From Thermoflexia bacterium (GTDB lineage: Bacteria; Chloroflexota; Anaerolineae; B4-G1; SLSP01): a stretch of DNA of 54,520 nucleotides. Within the stretch, counting starts at the first letter, position 1. The number at the start of each line of letters is the position of its first letter. The translations under genes were made by a program, and so were the position numbers. Below the pieces are notes generated by a model, which was given only the letters and a program-made list of their open reading frames with translations, was not told the origin of the DNA and searched no databases. Shown here one piece after another: positions 8,206 to 18,661 of the stretch. The stretch covers positions 1 through 54,520 of the forward strand of contig DUEJ01000107.1 of the NCBI GenBank assembly GCA_011192175.1, written 5' to 3'.

Positions 8206-10103
8206 CTTTCCTCCTCTTGCTTGGGTAGCGTGAAGTAGAAGGTACTCCCTGCGCCAACTGTTGATTCCACCCAAACCTTTCCCTCATTCAGCTCGACGAT
8301 CTTTTTCACCAACGCCAGCCCAATGCCGGTGCTCTCAAATTCGTCACGCGGGACCAACGTCTGGAATATCTGAAAAATTTTGGCGTAATACTTGGCCGCT
8401 ATCCCCGGACCGTTATCGGCCACGCTAAACAGCCAGTAATCTCCTGCATCTGCACAGCCGATTCGCACCCACCCCTGCGGCTTGTCCATGAATTTGAGAG
8501 CGTTATCCAGCAAGTTTTGAAACACTTGTCTGAGACGCGCGCGCTCCCCCACAACGGTGGGCAATTCGTTCGTGACGGTGATCTGGATGCTAGCTGGCGG
8601 GGCCAACATCTCGAGGGTCTCTTGCACAAGCTGGTTCAGGTTCACGCTTCTTTTTTTCTCTACGACGCGCCCAATACGCGAGTATTGGAGAATTCCCTGG
8701 ATGAGACCGTGCATCCGCCTGGTGCGCCCGATCAGTAAATCTACCAGCTCTCGACCATCCGCGTCAAGCGCCTCCGCGTAATCTGTCGCGATCCAGCTGC
8801 CCAGTTGGGTGATGGCGCGCAACGGAGCTTTCAGGTCATGGGAGACGACGTAGGCAAAGTCTTTCAATTCCGCGTTGACGGCTTCCAGCTCCACGGTGCG
8901 TATCTCTACCAATTCCTCGAGATGGTCACGGTATTTCTGGAGTTCTTTCTCCGCCCGCTTGCGCTCGGAGATGTCCCGCACGATGCCCAATACGTATTTC
9001 TGAACCTCGCCTTCTCTAATCGGAGAAACCACCAAATCCACCGGAATGGGATGCCCATCTTTGTGACGCAGAGATAGCTCTTGCATGCCTCCCTCTCTCC
9101 ACATACGCGAACGCACCTCCGGAGAAACCTCTGCGCTTGGTATTCGCAGATCGTCTACCAGCATCTCTTGAAGTTCAAGGAGCGAATAACCGACCATTTC
9201 CGTGGCAGCCGGATTCACATCTTGATACTCGCCTTGCAGGTTGATAATAAAGATGGCATCCTGTGAAGCCTCGAACAGATTACGGTAACGTAACTCGCTT
9301 AAAATAGCTATGGTGTTAAAATTTTGAGCAACATAGACAGCGCTGAGCGTTATGCCCGAAAATAACAGACCCAAGAGGAATGTTCTGTTAGCATGCACAA
9401 TTTCAGAGTGCAGCAACTCCGCGGTAGGCGCAAAAATTAAATTCAAAACGGTTGTATTTTCAAAGGTTATCATTCTACTGATAACGAATTTTTCCTGAGA
9501 GGGTTGCCAGTTGTCACTTGCGAAAATTGCCAATCCCTCATCTAAAAGTTGCAACATGTAGTCATCGTCTATTTCGCTAAGTACCGGCGCAATAAATGCG
9601 CCAACATCTATAACCCCCCAAATATATCCTTGAAATTCTTCACCGTCATAGCTGGGTACCCACAGATTGATCTCTGCTGGCGTCCCCTTAACTGCACTGG
9701 CTAGCTGATTCAGAGAAGAGCTATTATCCTGAAGCGGCACAATCTGCCGGATGTGAAAGGTTCCGTCAACCCAGGCAATACTGTTTAGGCCTACAAAAGC
9801 ATCAATGTAAAAAGCCGCGTCTTTTTCCCATTCAACAATAGCTGTTTCCTCACGCGGTATGTCCCTGGCTGCCAGTCTCTCCAGGGCCTGATAGATGCTA
9901 CTATATCTAATTTCTGTTTCACTGACATAAGATCTAGCTTTAGATTCTGTGCTAGATCCTATTTGAGATAAATTTCTTGATTCTTGAGTTCTCCACAAAA
10001 AGATAGAAGTAGCCACCAAACAAAATCCCAGTAAGACTAAAAAGGGATTGGTAGAGAAGAAGTTCTTATTGGATGGGGTCTGCTTGCTTCTATAATTTGC
10101 CAT
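8202..10103 (-). CDS. Membrane sensor histidine kinase (2 TM, extracellular CHASE-like domain, PAS, HisKA, HATPase)
   Basis: Two hydrophobic segments, PAS, FAYVVSHDLKAPLR, QNLLDNALKF, DNGPGI, TGIGLAL. ATG 10103 follows AGGAG. Confidence 0.9.
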   Translation of the reverse strand: MANYRSKQTPSNKNFFSTNPFLVLLGFCLVATSIFLWRTQESRNLSQIGSSTESKARSYVSETEIRYSSIYQALERLAARDIPREETAIVEWEKDAAFYIDAFVGLNSIAWVDGTFHIRQIVPLQDNSSSLNQLASAVKGTPAEINLWVPSYDGEEFQGYIWGVIDVGAFIAPVLSEIDDDYMLQLLDEGLAIFASDNWQPSQEKFVISRMITFENTTVLNLIFAPTAELLHSEIVHANRTFLLGLLFSGITLSAVYVAQNFNTIAILSELRYRNLFEASQDAIFIINLQGEYQDVNPAATEMVGYSLLELQEMLVDDLRIPSAEVSPEVRSRMWREGGMQELSLRHKDGHPIPVDLVVSPIREGEVQKYVLGIVRDISERKRAEKELQKYRDHLEELVEIRTVELEAVNAELKDFAYVVSHDLKAPLRAITQLGSWIATDYAEALDADGRELVDLLIGRTRRMHGLIQGILQYSRIGRVVEKKRSVNLNQLVQETLEMLAPPASIQITVTNELPTVVGERARLRQVFQNLLDNALKFMDKPQGWVRIGCADAGDYWLFSVADNGPGIAAKYYAKIFQIFQTLVPRDEFESTGIGLALVKKIVELNEGKVWVESTVGAGSTFYFTLPKQEEER

Positions 10104-10133
10104 CAATGGCGCTCCTGAAAAAAGTTGTCTCGT

Positions 10134-10187
10134 CACAGAGACACGGAAGGCATAGAATTCTTATTTTTTTTCTCAGTGTCCTCCGTG
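10134..10187. repeat. Short inverted element (cacagag/ctccgtg family)
   Basis: cacagagacacggaaggcatagaa...ttctcagtgtcctccgtg; ~9-nt units in inverted arrangement. Confidence 0.45.
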
Positions 10188-10236
10188 ATGAATTTCCCTT
10201 TTGGTCTTGGCTTATCCAAATTAGGCAACAGCTACT

Positions 10237-11775
10237 TTAGTTGTTCTCTGCTTCCCAGGCGATATTCCAGATTTCTTCCATGGTTTTGTAGCCTCTTTTC
10301 TCCAATGCGGCTAAATATCCAGCCCAATCTTCATCGATACTGAGTCTGCCCGTAATAAAATCTTGGCTGGCGGCGGCTACATAAGGCGTGATCTCTGTAT
10401 CAATAATACGTAGCGCTTCAATAGCATTAGCTTCTAACGCGAGCTGCGGAGCCATCTCCGCGGTCTCTCCAGCAGCTAAAGAACGTGCTAGGAACGCTAC
10501 TATTTCTGGCGGTTTTTTATAATCCTCAAATTCTACGTTTTCATTGAGATTGAATAGCGTGTCGCAACCATATTCCTCCGTGATATCCAGCGTCCCGGCT
10601 GGATTATTGGACGTTTTGATAGTAAGCAGATAGGTTTTACCCTCCGGCGTATTTTCAAAGGTTACGCCCTCAACCCCCCAGGTAGTGAGCGTCAGCCCCT
10701 CTTCGGAATAGACTGCCCAATCCAAGAATTTGAGCAGCTCTTCAAAATAGGATTCGTTGATCACCCGCGCTGGCACGACTAATCCTTTTCTAAATGGATT
10801 CACTGGAGGAAGAGCCTTGATTCCCAGGGTGCTTTCTGGCACCGGTAGCGCGGCCCACTCGCCAGCGGGGAACCCATTTTCTCTTAATGTTTCATTCCAG
10901 GAACTAAAACCCGATGTAATCCACGTCACCGTAACCAACGCTCTCCCATCTTGCAGCTTATGGTTGAAATCTTCATTACTTTGCGTAAAAATCGCCGGGT
11001 CCAGGATTCCAGCCGCATAACAACGATTCAGAAAGCGGTAAAGCTCCCGATAGTTTTCCGTAGCCGGAGCAAATTGCCACCGGTCTTCCTCATAATTGTA
11101 ATCTCTAGTCCCGGCCCAGCCAGCCGGGATGCCATAACCGGCCCCCATCATAGCGAATAGATGCGCTCCCCCCCAAGAAGCCGTGAGCGGAGTGGTATCA
11201 GGATAAATTTCCTTCAAATACACTAAGGCTTCGAATAGCTCCGCATAGGTATTGGGGATTTCTATCCCCTGTTCCTCGAAGATATCTCGCCGGTAAATCC
11301 ATTGTTGCACTTGGATTTTTCTTTGATAGCCGGGAAGAATATAATACTTTCCATTGCTCAATCTTAGCTTATCTAACTCGCTGGCTAGATTATGTTCTTT
11401 GATGTATGCCCTAAAATTCGGCATAAGGTTTTCATAATCACTGAAAGGTAGCAAAATTCCAGCCGCAGCATAATTTTCGATAGAATCCGGCCAAACTTTC
11501 AAAACAATATCTGGGATATTTCCCGATTCAAAGGTTTGGTTTATTATCCTGCCATAGTCGGCATCATCCCCTACCTGGACGTTCAAGACCACGTTCTGCC
11601 GTTTTCTGTATTCTTCGAGTATGAGCCACTCTTCTTGAAAAGGTCTGGCTTCGCGCTCGTTATACAAAACTGTTAAAACAATTGGTTCAGCAGGTTTTTC
11701 CGTTGGGCTACAACCTACGATACCCATGGATAGGCCTACTCCCAGTAGCACGGCAACTACGATTAGCCTCTGCAT
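10237..11775 (-). CDS. Extracellular solute-binding lipoprotein (carbohydrate SBP family 1-like), with no adjacent permease or ATPase
   Basis: Lipobox GIVGC, SGNIPDI, WIYRRDIF, TWGVEGVT. ATG 11775 follows GAGGAGG. Confidence 0.82.
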   Translation of the reverse strand: MQRLIVVAVLLGVGLSMGIVGCSPTEKPAEPIVLTVLYNEREARPFQEEWLILEEYRKRQNVVLNVQVGDDADYGRIINQTFESGNIPDIVLKVWPDSIENYAAAGILLPFSDYENLMPNFRAYIKEHNLASELDKLRLSNGKYYILPGYQRKIQVQQWIYRRDIFEEQGIEIPNTYAELFEALVYLKEIYPDTTPLTASWGGAHLFAMMGAGYGIPAGWAGTRDYNYEEDRWQFAPATENYRELYRFLNRCYAAGILDPAIFTQSNEDFNHKLQDGRALVTVTWITSGFSSWNETLRENGFPAGEWAALPVPESTLGIKALPPVNPFRKGLVVPARVINESYFEELLKFLDWAVYSEEGLTLTTWGVEGVTFENTPEGKTYLLTIKTSNNPAGTLDITEEYGCDTLFNLNENVEFEDYKKPPEIVAFLARSLAAGETAEMAPQLALEANAIEALRIIDTEITPYVAAASQDFITGRLSIDEDWAGYLAALEKRGYKTMEEIWNIAWEAENN

Positions 11776-11974
11776 GGTGTTTCCTCCTCTGAAAATAAGT
11801 TTAAAGTCGCCAGTCAAAGGCCTAAAGTCGGCTTCAAGGCCCCGGTGTTTGCGTTAGTGAAGCATTTTCGGGGTCAGGGGTGTACCCACATTACTCTAAC
11901 AGTCAGTATATATCACCCCGCCCAAAATCTCAAGTATCTCAGGGGCGCGGCCAGTCGAGTATTACGCCGTGAGT

Positions 11975-13057
11975 CTACGGGCGGCCAAAATCGGCGATGA
12001 AATAATAATATCCGCGCCCCGCGTCGCTCGCCCCCAATCCAATCTCCGTCAGCCAGTCGCTCAACAACGTGCGGCGGTGCGGATCGTTGGGCGGAACCTC
12101 ATCCATCCACCTATCCACCGCGCCCTGGGGACTCTGGGATTGCGCCCAACACTCGGCCCAGCCCGCCCCCGCATAACCGGCGCGCCGCAGCCGCTCCTGG
12201 ATGTAGACGCCATCAGAGCCGGTATGGCTACACCAACCGCGCTGCGCGCAATCATTGGCGTGCAGTTGCGCCGCGCTAGCCAACGTGAGATGATAGCTGA
12301 ACGGCGGTAAACCATGCACCGCGCGCACCTCATTGATCAAGCGCGCCGCCTCCGCCGGCCAAGCTGCCACATCAGCGGGAGGAGCAACGGGGGAAGCAGG
12401 AGGCGGTATCGCCGGCGGGGGCGTTGGCTCCTGCGGCGATACCGCGGGCGTGGGGGCAGGAACTGTGGCGGTAGCCGGCGCCGCAGTCGGAGGAAGCGGC
12501 GTCGCTGGGGAAGCGGGCGCCTGTGCCACAGCCGGGCCCCTCAACGGCAGGATCAAGAGCTGCCCCACGTGAATCGTTGCGGCGTCCCCCAACCCGTTGA
12601 CCGTCTGCAACTCTGTCAGCTGCAACTCATAGCGCTGGGCAATCTCGCCCAGCGTATCCCCGGCAACCACCTCGTAGAGCACCCAAAAAGGCGCGGCTCC
12701 CCTCCAAGCAGCCGCGGCGGGAATCTCCAACACGGCTCCCGCCGGCACCATGCTGCTCGCTCCCATGCCGTTGGCCTGCTGGATGGCGGCCAGCGGCACA
12801 TCATACTGCATCGCCAACGCTAAGAGCGTATCCCCAGCTTGCACTACATGTTGGCGGGATAGCGACGCCTCCTCAACCGCTGGCGTCACGACAAGCGTGA
12901 CCGGCGCTAAGATAGTCGGCGGCGGCGCAAATACAGGCACGACCAGCTCCGCCACTTGCGGTTCTCCCGTAGGGGATGATGTAATCTCCGGCCCTCCAGA
13001 TGCGCAAGCCGTCAACAAAAACAGACAACACGCCCAGTCCAATCGCCATCCATTCAT
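11975..13057 (-). CDS. LysM-LysM-CAP (SCP-like) domain lipoprotein
   Basis: Lipobox LTAC; two LysM repeats (HVVQAGDTL, YEVVAGDTLGEIA), a Pro/Ala linker and a CAP domain (INEVRAVHGL...SHTGSDG...HRRTLL...EIGLG). Start uncertain (13057 or 13081). Confidence 0.85.
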   Translation of the reverse strand: MNGWRLDWACCLFLLTACASGGPEITSSPTGEPQVAELVVPVFAPPPTILAPVTLVVTPAVEEASLSRQHVVQAGDTLLALAMQYDVPLAAIQQANGMGASSMVPAGAVLEIPAAAAWRGAAPFWVLYEVVAGDTLGEIAQRYELQLTELQTVNGLGDAATIHVGQLLILPLRGPAVAQAPASPATPLPPTAAPATATVPAPTPAVSPQEPTPPPAIPPPASPVAPPADVAAWPAEAARLINEVRAVHGLPPFSYHLTLASAAQLHANDCAQRGWCSHTGSDGVYIQERLRRAGYAGAGWAECWAQSQSPQGAVDRWMDEVPPNDPHRRTLLSDWLTEIGLGASDAGRGYYYFIADFGRP

Positions 13058-13143
13058 CTTCCCAGCGCTCCCTATCCCCAAACTAACATTTCGCCCGCTC
13101 TGAGCTCTAACTATACCAGCTCTGAAGAAATCCAGGCTAGAGA

Positions 13144-13179
13144 ACGCAGAACGCCGAGCTAGAGCTCGGCGTTCTGCGT
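13144..13179. terminator. Strong hairpin, probable terminator
   Basis: Perfect 17-bp inverted repeat acgcagaacgccgagct/agctcggcgttctgcgt downstream of the receiver gene. Confidence 0.6.
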
Positions 13180-13201
13180 ATCCTCACGTACCTGCTCCGT
13201 T

Positions 13202-13600
13202 CTACCCGGTTGCGAGCATTTCGCCTACCCCCTGCGGAGCGAGCCAATAGCTGATCGCCTCAAACAACATCTGCGGGGTGATGGGACGCAACAAGAAATC
13301 GTTAGCCCCGGCTGCCATGACACGGCCACGCACCTCAGGTAAAGCTATCGCAGTGAAGACCAACACCGGCAAATTTTGATAATTAACGTCGGCGCGTATA
13401 ATCTTCAACAATTCCAACCCATCAAGTTCCGGTAACGCAAAATTGGTGATCACCAAATCCACCGGTGTCACTCGCAAACGATCCAACGCCTCAAAGCCGT
13501 GCATGGCTGTCACCACAGTATAACCCTCCAGCCGGAGTAAATCTCGCAACGTAGGCCGCATAATCGGATGATCTTCTACAACTAGGATGGTGAACATCAA
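13202..13600 (-). CDS. Single-domain receiver protein with atypical active site (pseudo-receiver)
   Basis: ILVVEDH...DLVITNFALPELDG...FLLRP: the phosphoacceptor Asp is Asn and the conserved Lys is Arg. Confidence 0.8.
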   Translation of the reverse strand: MMFTILVVEDHPIMRPTLRDLLRLEGYTVVTAMHGFEALDRLRVTPVDLVITNFALPELDGLELLKIIRADVNYQNLPVLVFTAIALPEVRGRVMAAGANDFLLRPITPQMLFEAISYWLAPQGVGEMLATG

Positions 13601-13730
13601 ATCATTCCTCCCGGGTAACTATTACAAAGACATTTTACATCTTTGCTAGGACTTCTTCCACCTCTATCCTACCAAAAGAAATGACCGCTGGCAGTTACTA
13701 AATAGTTTCAGGTAAGTTACGTCACCCGGG

Positions 13731-13782
13731 GCGAGAAAGCGAGTGAGCGAGAAGGCGAAAAGGCGAGTGAGCGAGAAAGCGA
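13731..13782 (+). repeat. Tandem octamer array GCGAnnnn (6.5 units)
   Basis: gcgagaaa gcgagtga gcgagaag gcgaaaag gcgagtga gcgagaaa gcga. Confidence 0.8.
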
Positions 13783-13851
13783 AGTTGGGGATAGCCTCCG
13801 GTAGGAACTGCCCTTCCCGGGGACCGCGCCATTCTAACAGTAATCGAGCCA

Positions 13852-13895
13852 AAGCAAAAGCGGCCCGGGAGGATCTCTCCGGGCCGCTTTTGCTT
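13852..13895. terminator. Rho-independent terminator (bidirectional type)
   Basis: aagcaaaagcggcccgg...ccgggccgcttttgctt inverted repeat just after the AIM24 stop. Confidence 0.8.
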
Positions 13896-13903
13896 CGATC
13901 CAA

Positions 13904-14689
13904 TTACTGTTGTAGAAACCCCGTCAAACCACGCACCACTGAACCTTCACCTTGCGACTGGCCGCCTGCGGAAGGAGCGGCTTGCAAGATGCGATCCGCC
14001 AGCCGCGAGAAAGGTAACGATTGCAACCAGACGCGCCCGGTGCCGGCCAGGGTCGCCAGGAACAACCCTTCTCCGCCAAAGACCATTGATTTCAGGTTGC
14101 CGGCCCGTTGGATATCGTAGTTGATAGTCCGCTCAAAGGCGACGATACAACCAGTATCCACCAGCAACTTCTCATTATGAAGTTGCTTCTCCACGATAGT
14201 GCCGCCCGCATGGAGGAAAGCCATCCCGTCGCCCCGCAACCGCTGGAGAATGAAGCCCTCACCGCCAAACAACCCGGCGCCCAACCGTTTGTTGAAAGCG
14301 ATACTCACCTCAGTGCCCAACGCCGCCGCCAAAAAGGAATCCTTCTGGCAGAGGAGCTCGCCGCCAGTTTGGTCCAAATCCAACGGCATGATGCGTCCCG
14401 GATAAGGCGCGCCAAACGCCACATGCCGCTTCTCAGCGCGGGTATTGGTGAAATGGGTGATGAAAAGCGATTCCTTAGTCAACACGCGCTTGCCCACGTC
14501 CATCATCGCGCCTAAGAACCCCTGCTTAGGCTTGGAACCATCCCCCAGCTTGGTCTCAAAAGAGATGCCATCTTCCATGTACATCATCGTGCCGGCCTCA
14601 GCAATCACGGTTTCACCACGATCTAGCTCGACTTCAACGAATTGTAAATCGTCACCAAAAATCTTGTAATCCACCACATGACTCTTCAT
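13904..14689 (-). CDS. TIGR00266/AIM24 family protein
   Basis: [13 protein letters not shown]...AEAGTMMYM...FGGEGFILQ...[11 protein letters not shown]...WLQSLPFSR. Confidence 0.9.
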   Translation of the reverse strand: MKSHVVDYKIFGDDLQFVEVELDRGETVIAEAGTMMYMEDGISFETKLGDGSKPKQGFLGAMMDVGKRVLTKESLFITHFTNTRAEKRHVAFGAPYPGRIMPLDLDQTGGELLCQKDSFLAAALGTEVSIAFNKRLGAGLFGGEGFILQRLRGDGMAFLHAGGTIVEKQLHNEKLLVDTGCIVAFERTINYDIQRAGNLKSMVFGGEGLFLATLAGTGRVWLQSLPFSRLADRILQAAPSAGGQSQGEGSVVRGLTGFLQQ

Positions 14690-14769
14690 CTTGCTCTCCT
14701 TAATTGCGATTGATTAACTGCACCGCTGTGTTTCCTGTTATACTACGCGGCCAGGAAATTAAAAGTTGT

Positions 14770-14801
14770 GCAAGAAAGCGAGAAGGCGAGTGAGCGAGGG
14801 T
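14770..14801 (+). repeat. Tandem octamer array GCGAnnnn (4 units)
   Basis: gcaagaaa gcgagaag gcgagtga gcgagggt. Confidence 0.7.
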
Positions 14802-14845
14802 CGCGCAGACACAGATACGGCAGACCGACTTGTTCCATAGTGGAT

Positions 14846-14907
14846 TTGTCCACGCCGGTGGACAACCGGCCAGCAGGCCTACGGTAGCATACTTCAATAT
14901 GCGTATT
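14846..14907. repeat. Two-hairpin REP-like repeat, copy downstream of groEL
   Basis: ttgtccacgccggtggacaaccggc...gcatacttcaatatgcgtatt; inverted homolog at 17226-17285. Confidence 0.65.
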
Positions 14908-14976
14908 AAAAACACCGAGGCCCTTACTTCTCCTCGGCGAGGCGCGTTTCACTGTGATACTACGGGAAGGCTATAC

Positions 14977-15011
14977 AAAAAAGCCCCAGAGCATGACGCC
15001 CTGGGGCTTTT
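14977..15011 (-). terminator. groESL rho-independent terminator
   Basis: aaaaaagccccag...ctggggctttt; gives a U-tract on the minus strand. Confidence 0.8.
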
Positions 15012-15050
15012 CACAACTAGGCGGTCAATCAAATCAACCGCTCAGAAATC

Positions 15051-16736
<1,686 letters not shown>

Positions 16737-16759
16737 TCAGTATACTTGTAAAATTAATG

Positions 16760-17044
16760 TTATGCGGCAAGAATCGCCAGCAGGTCATCTTCACGCAAAA
16801 TCAGCACTTCATCGCCAGAGCGGTTCTTGAAATTGGTGCCCGCGTACTTGGCATAGATCACGATATCGCCTTCTTTCAGCAAATCACTCTCTACATCCGC
16901 ACCCAGCGCCAACACCTCACCCTGTTGGGGCTTCTCCTTGGCGGTGTCTGGCAATACCAGTTTCCCGCCGGCAATGGTTATCTCTTTTTCTTCGACGGGT
17001 TTCACGATTACGCGGTCACCCAAAGGACGAATCTGTACACTCAT
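16760..17044 (-). CDS. groS: Co-chaperonin GroES
   Basis: IRPLGDRVIVK...LPDTAKEKPQQGEVLA...YAKYAGT. ATG 17044 follows GGAGG. Confidence 0.98.
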   Translation of the reverse strand: MSVQIRPLGDRVIVKPVEEKEITIAGGKLVLPDTAKEKPQQGEVLALGADVESDLLKEGDIVIYAKYAGTNFKNRSGDEVLILREDDLLAILAA

Positions 17045-17085
17045 GCTCTTACCTCCATCCACTATAAAATTGTAGTTAATTATCG

Positions 17086-17112
17086 TTAGCACTCCTCACG
17101 ACCGAGTGCTAA
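17086..17112. promoter_or_regulatory. CIRCE element (HrcA operator)
   Basis: Perfect TTAGCACTC-N9-GAGTGCTAA upstream of groES. Confidence 0.97.
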
Positions 17113-17123
17113 CAACGGTTGCA

Positions 17124-17152
17124 ATAATAACACAGAGTGATTTTTCTGTCAA
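17124..17152 (-). promoter_or_regulatory. sigma70 promoter of groESL
   Basis: Minus strand TTGACA-N17-TATTAT with an extended TG. Confidence 0.85.
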
Positions 17153-17176
17153 GCAGTCGCCAGGGTCGAGTGCTAA
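17150..17176. promoter_or_regulatory. Second, imperfect CIRCE overlapping the -35 box
   Basis: CAAGCAGTC-N9-GAGTGCTAA; right arm perfect, left arm 6/9. Confidence 0.75.
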
Positions 17177-17225
17177 TACCCGGGGGGGGGGCAAATGGCG
17201 AAGGGGTTTAGGGTTCCGCCATTAC

Positions 17226-17285
17226 AGTACGCCTACTGAAGTAGGCTCCCAGAGGCTAAAGCCGGCTGTCCACCGGCGTGGACAG
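17226..17285. repeat. Two-hairpin REP-like repeat, copy upstream of groES
   Basis: agtacgcctactgaagtaggc...gccggctgtccaccggcgtggacag; inverted homolog of 14846-14907. Confidence 0.65.
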
Positions 17286-17294
17286 CGATTAGAG

Positions 17295-17400
17295 GTATCA
17301 TCTCAAAAAATTAGGGCCGGTTGTATCCCGGATTGTCAATCCGGCGGGCGGAATACCATTCCATTCCACGCTACAAGCCCCTAAAATATTGAGATGATAC
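17295..17400. mobile_element. 106-bp MITE/REPIN-like element, copy B (inverted relative to copy A)
   Basis: Same 12-bp TIRs and interior as 4641-4746; flanked by gattagag / aattagag. Confidence 0.75.
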
Positions 17401-17507
17401 AATTAGAGGGCGTCGCCCGGCGCAGCGCGCCTCGGCCAGCGACTTTAGTCGTGTCCCGAGGTCAGCGGACTAAGAGCAGCTGCCGGCTAATCGCCAACAG
17501 CTAATCC

Positions 17508-18566
17508 TCATACCTGAACATCTTCCAGAATCTGCCGCACCACGGCGACGTCCAAATCCTTCTTGTCCAGGAAAGCCACGGCGCCCGCCTCCAGGCCCAA
17601 GCGGTGAAATTCTCGATCTGGATAGGCGCTGATCAAGATAATACGTGAGCTGGGGCAGAGGGCCTTGAGACGCCGCGTACAACGAATACCGTCCTCATCG
17701 CCTAGCACCACATCGACGAGCATCAGCGCCGGGGAGAGCGCGCCCGCCAACCGCACGGCCTCTTTCACGTTACGGGCCTCGTAAATCACGGCCTGCGGGG
17801 AGGCCCGCCCGACCATGCGTCGCAATTGGGAGCGGTAGAAATCACTATCATCCACCAATAACAGGGTGAATTGTGAGGCCAAAGTCACAGCACAGATTCG
17901 AGACGCGCGCCGTGACTTTGGCTGCCGGCCGGAAAAGCCCATGATTTCAGGGTGCTCCCGCGCGTATTTTGCCGCTTCCAGCCGGCTCTGCACCTCCAGC
18001 CGGCGGTAGAGACCGGTCAGGTGATTCTCCACTGTCTTGACGCTCAATCCCAGCCGTTGCGCGATGCGCTGATTATCCAATCCTTCCTGAAGGAGCCGGA
18101 GCAGATCATGCTGGCGCGGGGTGAGCGGAGAGTCATGGTGCGTAGGAGTAGTACTTTGCACCAGTTTATCGAGCAAAGGGCTAGAGATCCAGCGCTTCCC
18201 TGCCAATACACGTTGCACGGCCAGCTTGAGATCACTGAGCGGTTGATCTTTGAGGTGATATCCATCCACGCCGGCGCTTAACAACCCTTGTACATAGACA
18301 TCATCGTCGTAGGCGCTGATGACGAGGATACGCATTTGAGGATAACGTCCATGGATCTGCCGTAGAGTGGGCAGCGGTCTGAACTCCGGCATCCGCACAT
18401 CGACGATCAATAGCTCCGGCTCCTCGGCCTCCAGGGCCGCGAGTAACGCAGGCCCATCTCCCACCTGGGCCACAATTTCCAACCCGGAGAGCTCTTGCAG
18501 CGCGTTAGAGATACCGGCCCGCACAAGAGCATGATCGTCAGCTAGGAGTACCCGTGTTTTGTTCAT
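17508..18566 (-). CDS. NarL/LuxR-family response regulator with a second C-terminal receiver domain (REC-HTH-REC)
   Basis: LADDHALVR...LLIVDVRMP; LTPRQHDLL...NQRIAQRLGLSVKTVENH (LuxR HTH); second REC LLVDDS...MLVDVVLG...FLDKK. Confidence 0.9.
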   Translation of the reverse strand: MNKTRVLLADDHALVRAGISNALQELSGLEIVAQVGDGPALLAALEAEEPELLIVDVRMPEFRPLPTLRQIHGRYPQMRILVISAYDDDVYVQGLLSAGVDGYHLKDQPLSDLKLAVQRVLAGKRWISSPLLDKLVQSTTPTHHDSPLTPRQHDLLRLLQEGLDNQRIAQRLGLSVKTVENHLTGLYRRLEVQSRLEAAKYAREHPEIMGFSGRQPKSRRASRICAVTLASQFTLLLVDDSDFYRSQLRRMVGRASPQAVIYEARNVKEAVRLAGALSPALMLVDVVLGDEDGIRCTRRLKALCPSSRIILISAYPDREFHRLGLEAGAVAFLDKKDLDVAVVRQILEDVQV

Positions 18567-18661
18567 AGTATTTTAGCCCGGTTACAATTAAAGTGAGTAA
18601 TGAGGAGTAATAGTAGACAGTAGACAGGACCTGGGAAACGGCAGGGGGGAGACCAGGACAG

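Noticed and set aside
11800-11890. ZTP (pfl) riboswitch suggested by GACTGGCG on the minus strand
   Set aside because: The downstream conserved elements are missing, the RBS follows almost immediately, and the gene context does not fit.
13731-13782. Possible CRISPR array
   Set aside because: Units are contiguous 8-mers with no unique spacers; no CRISPR repeat-spacer pattern or cas gene was seen in the window.
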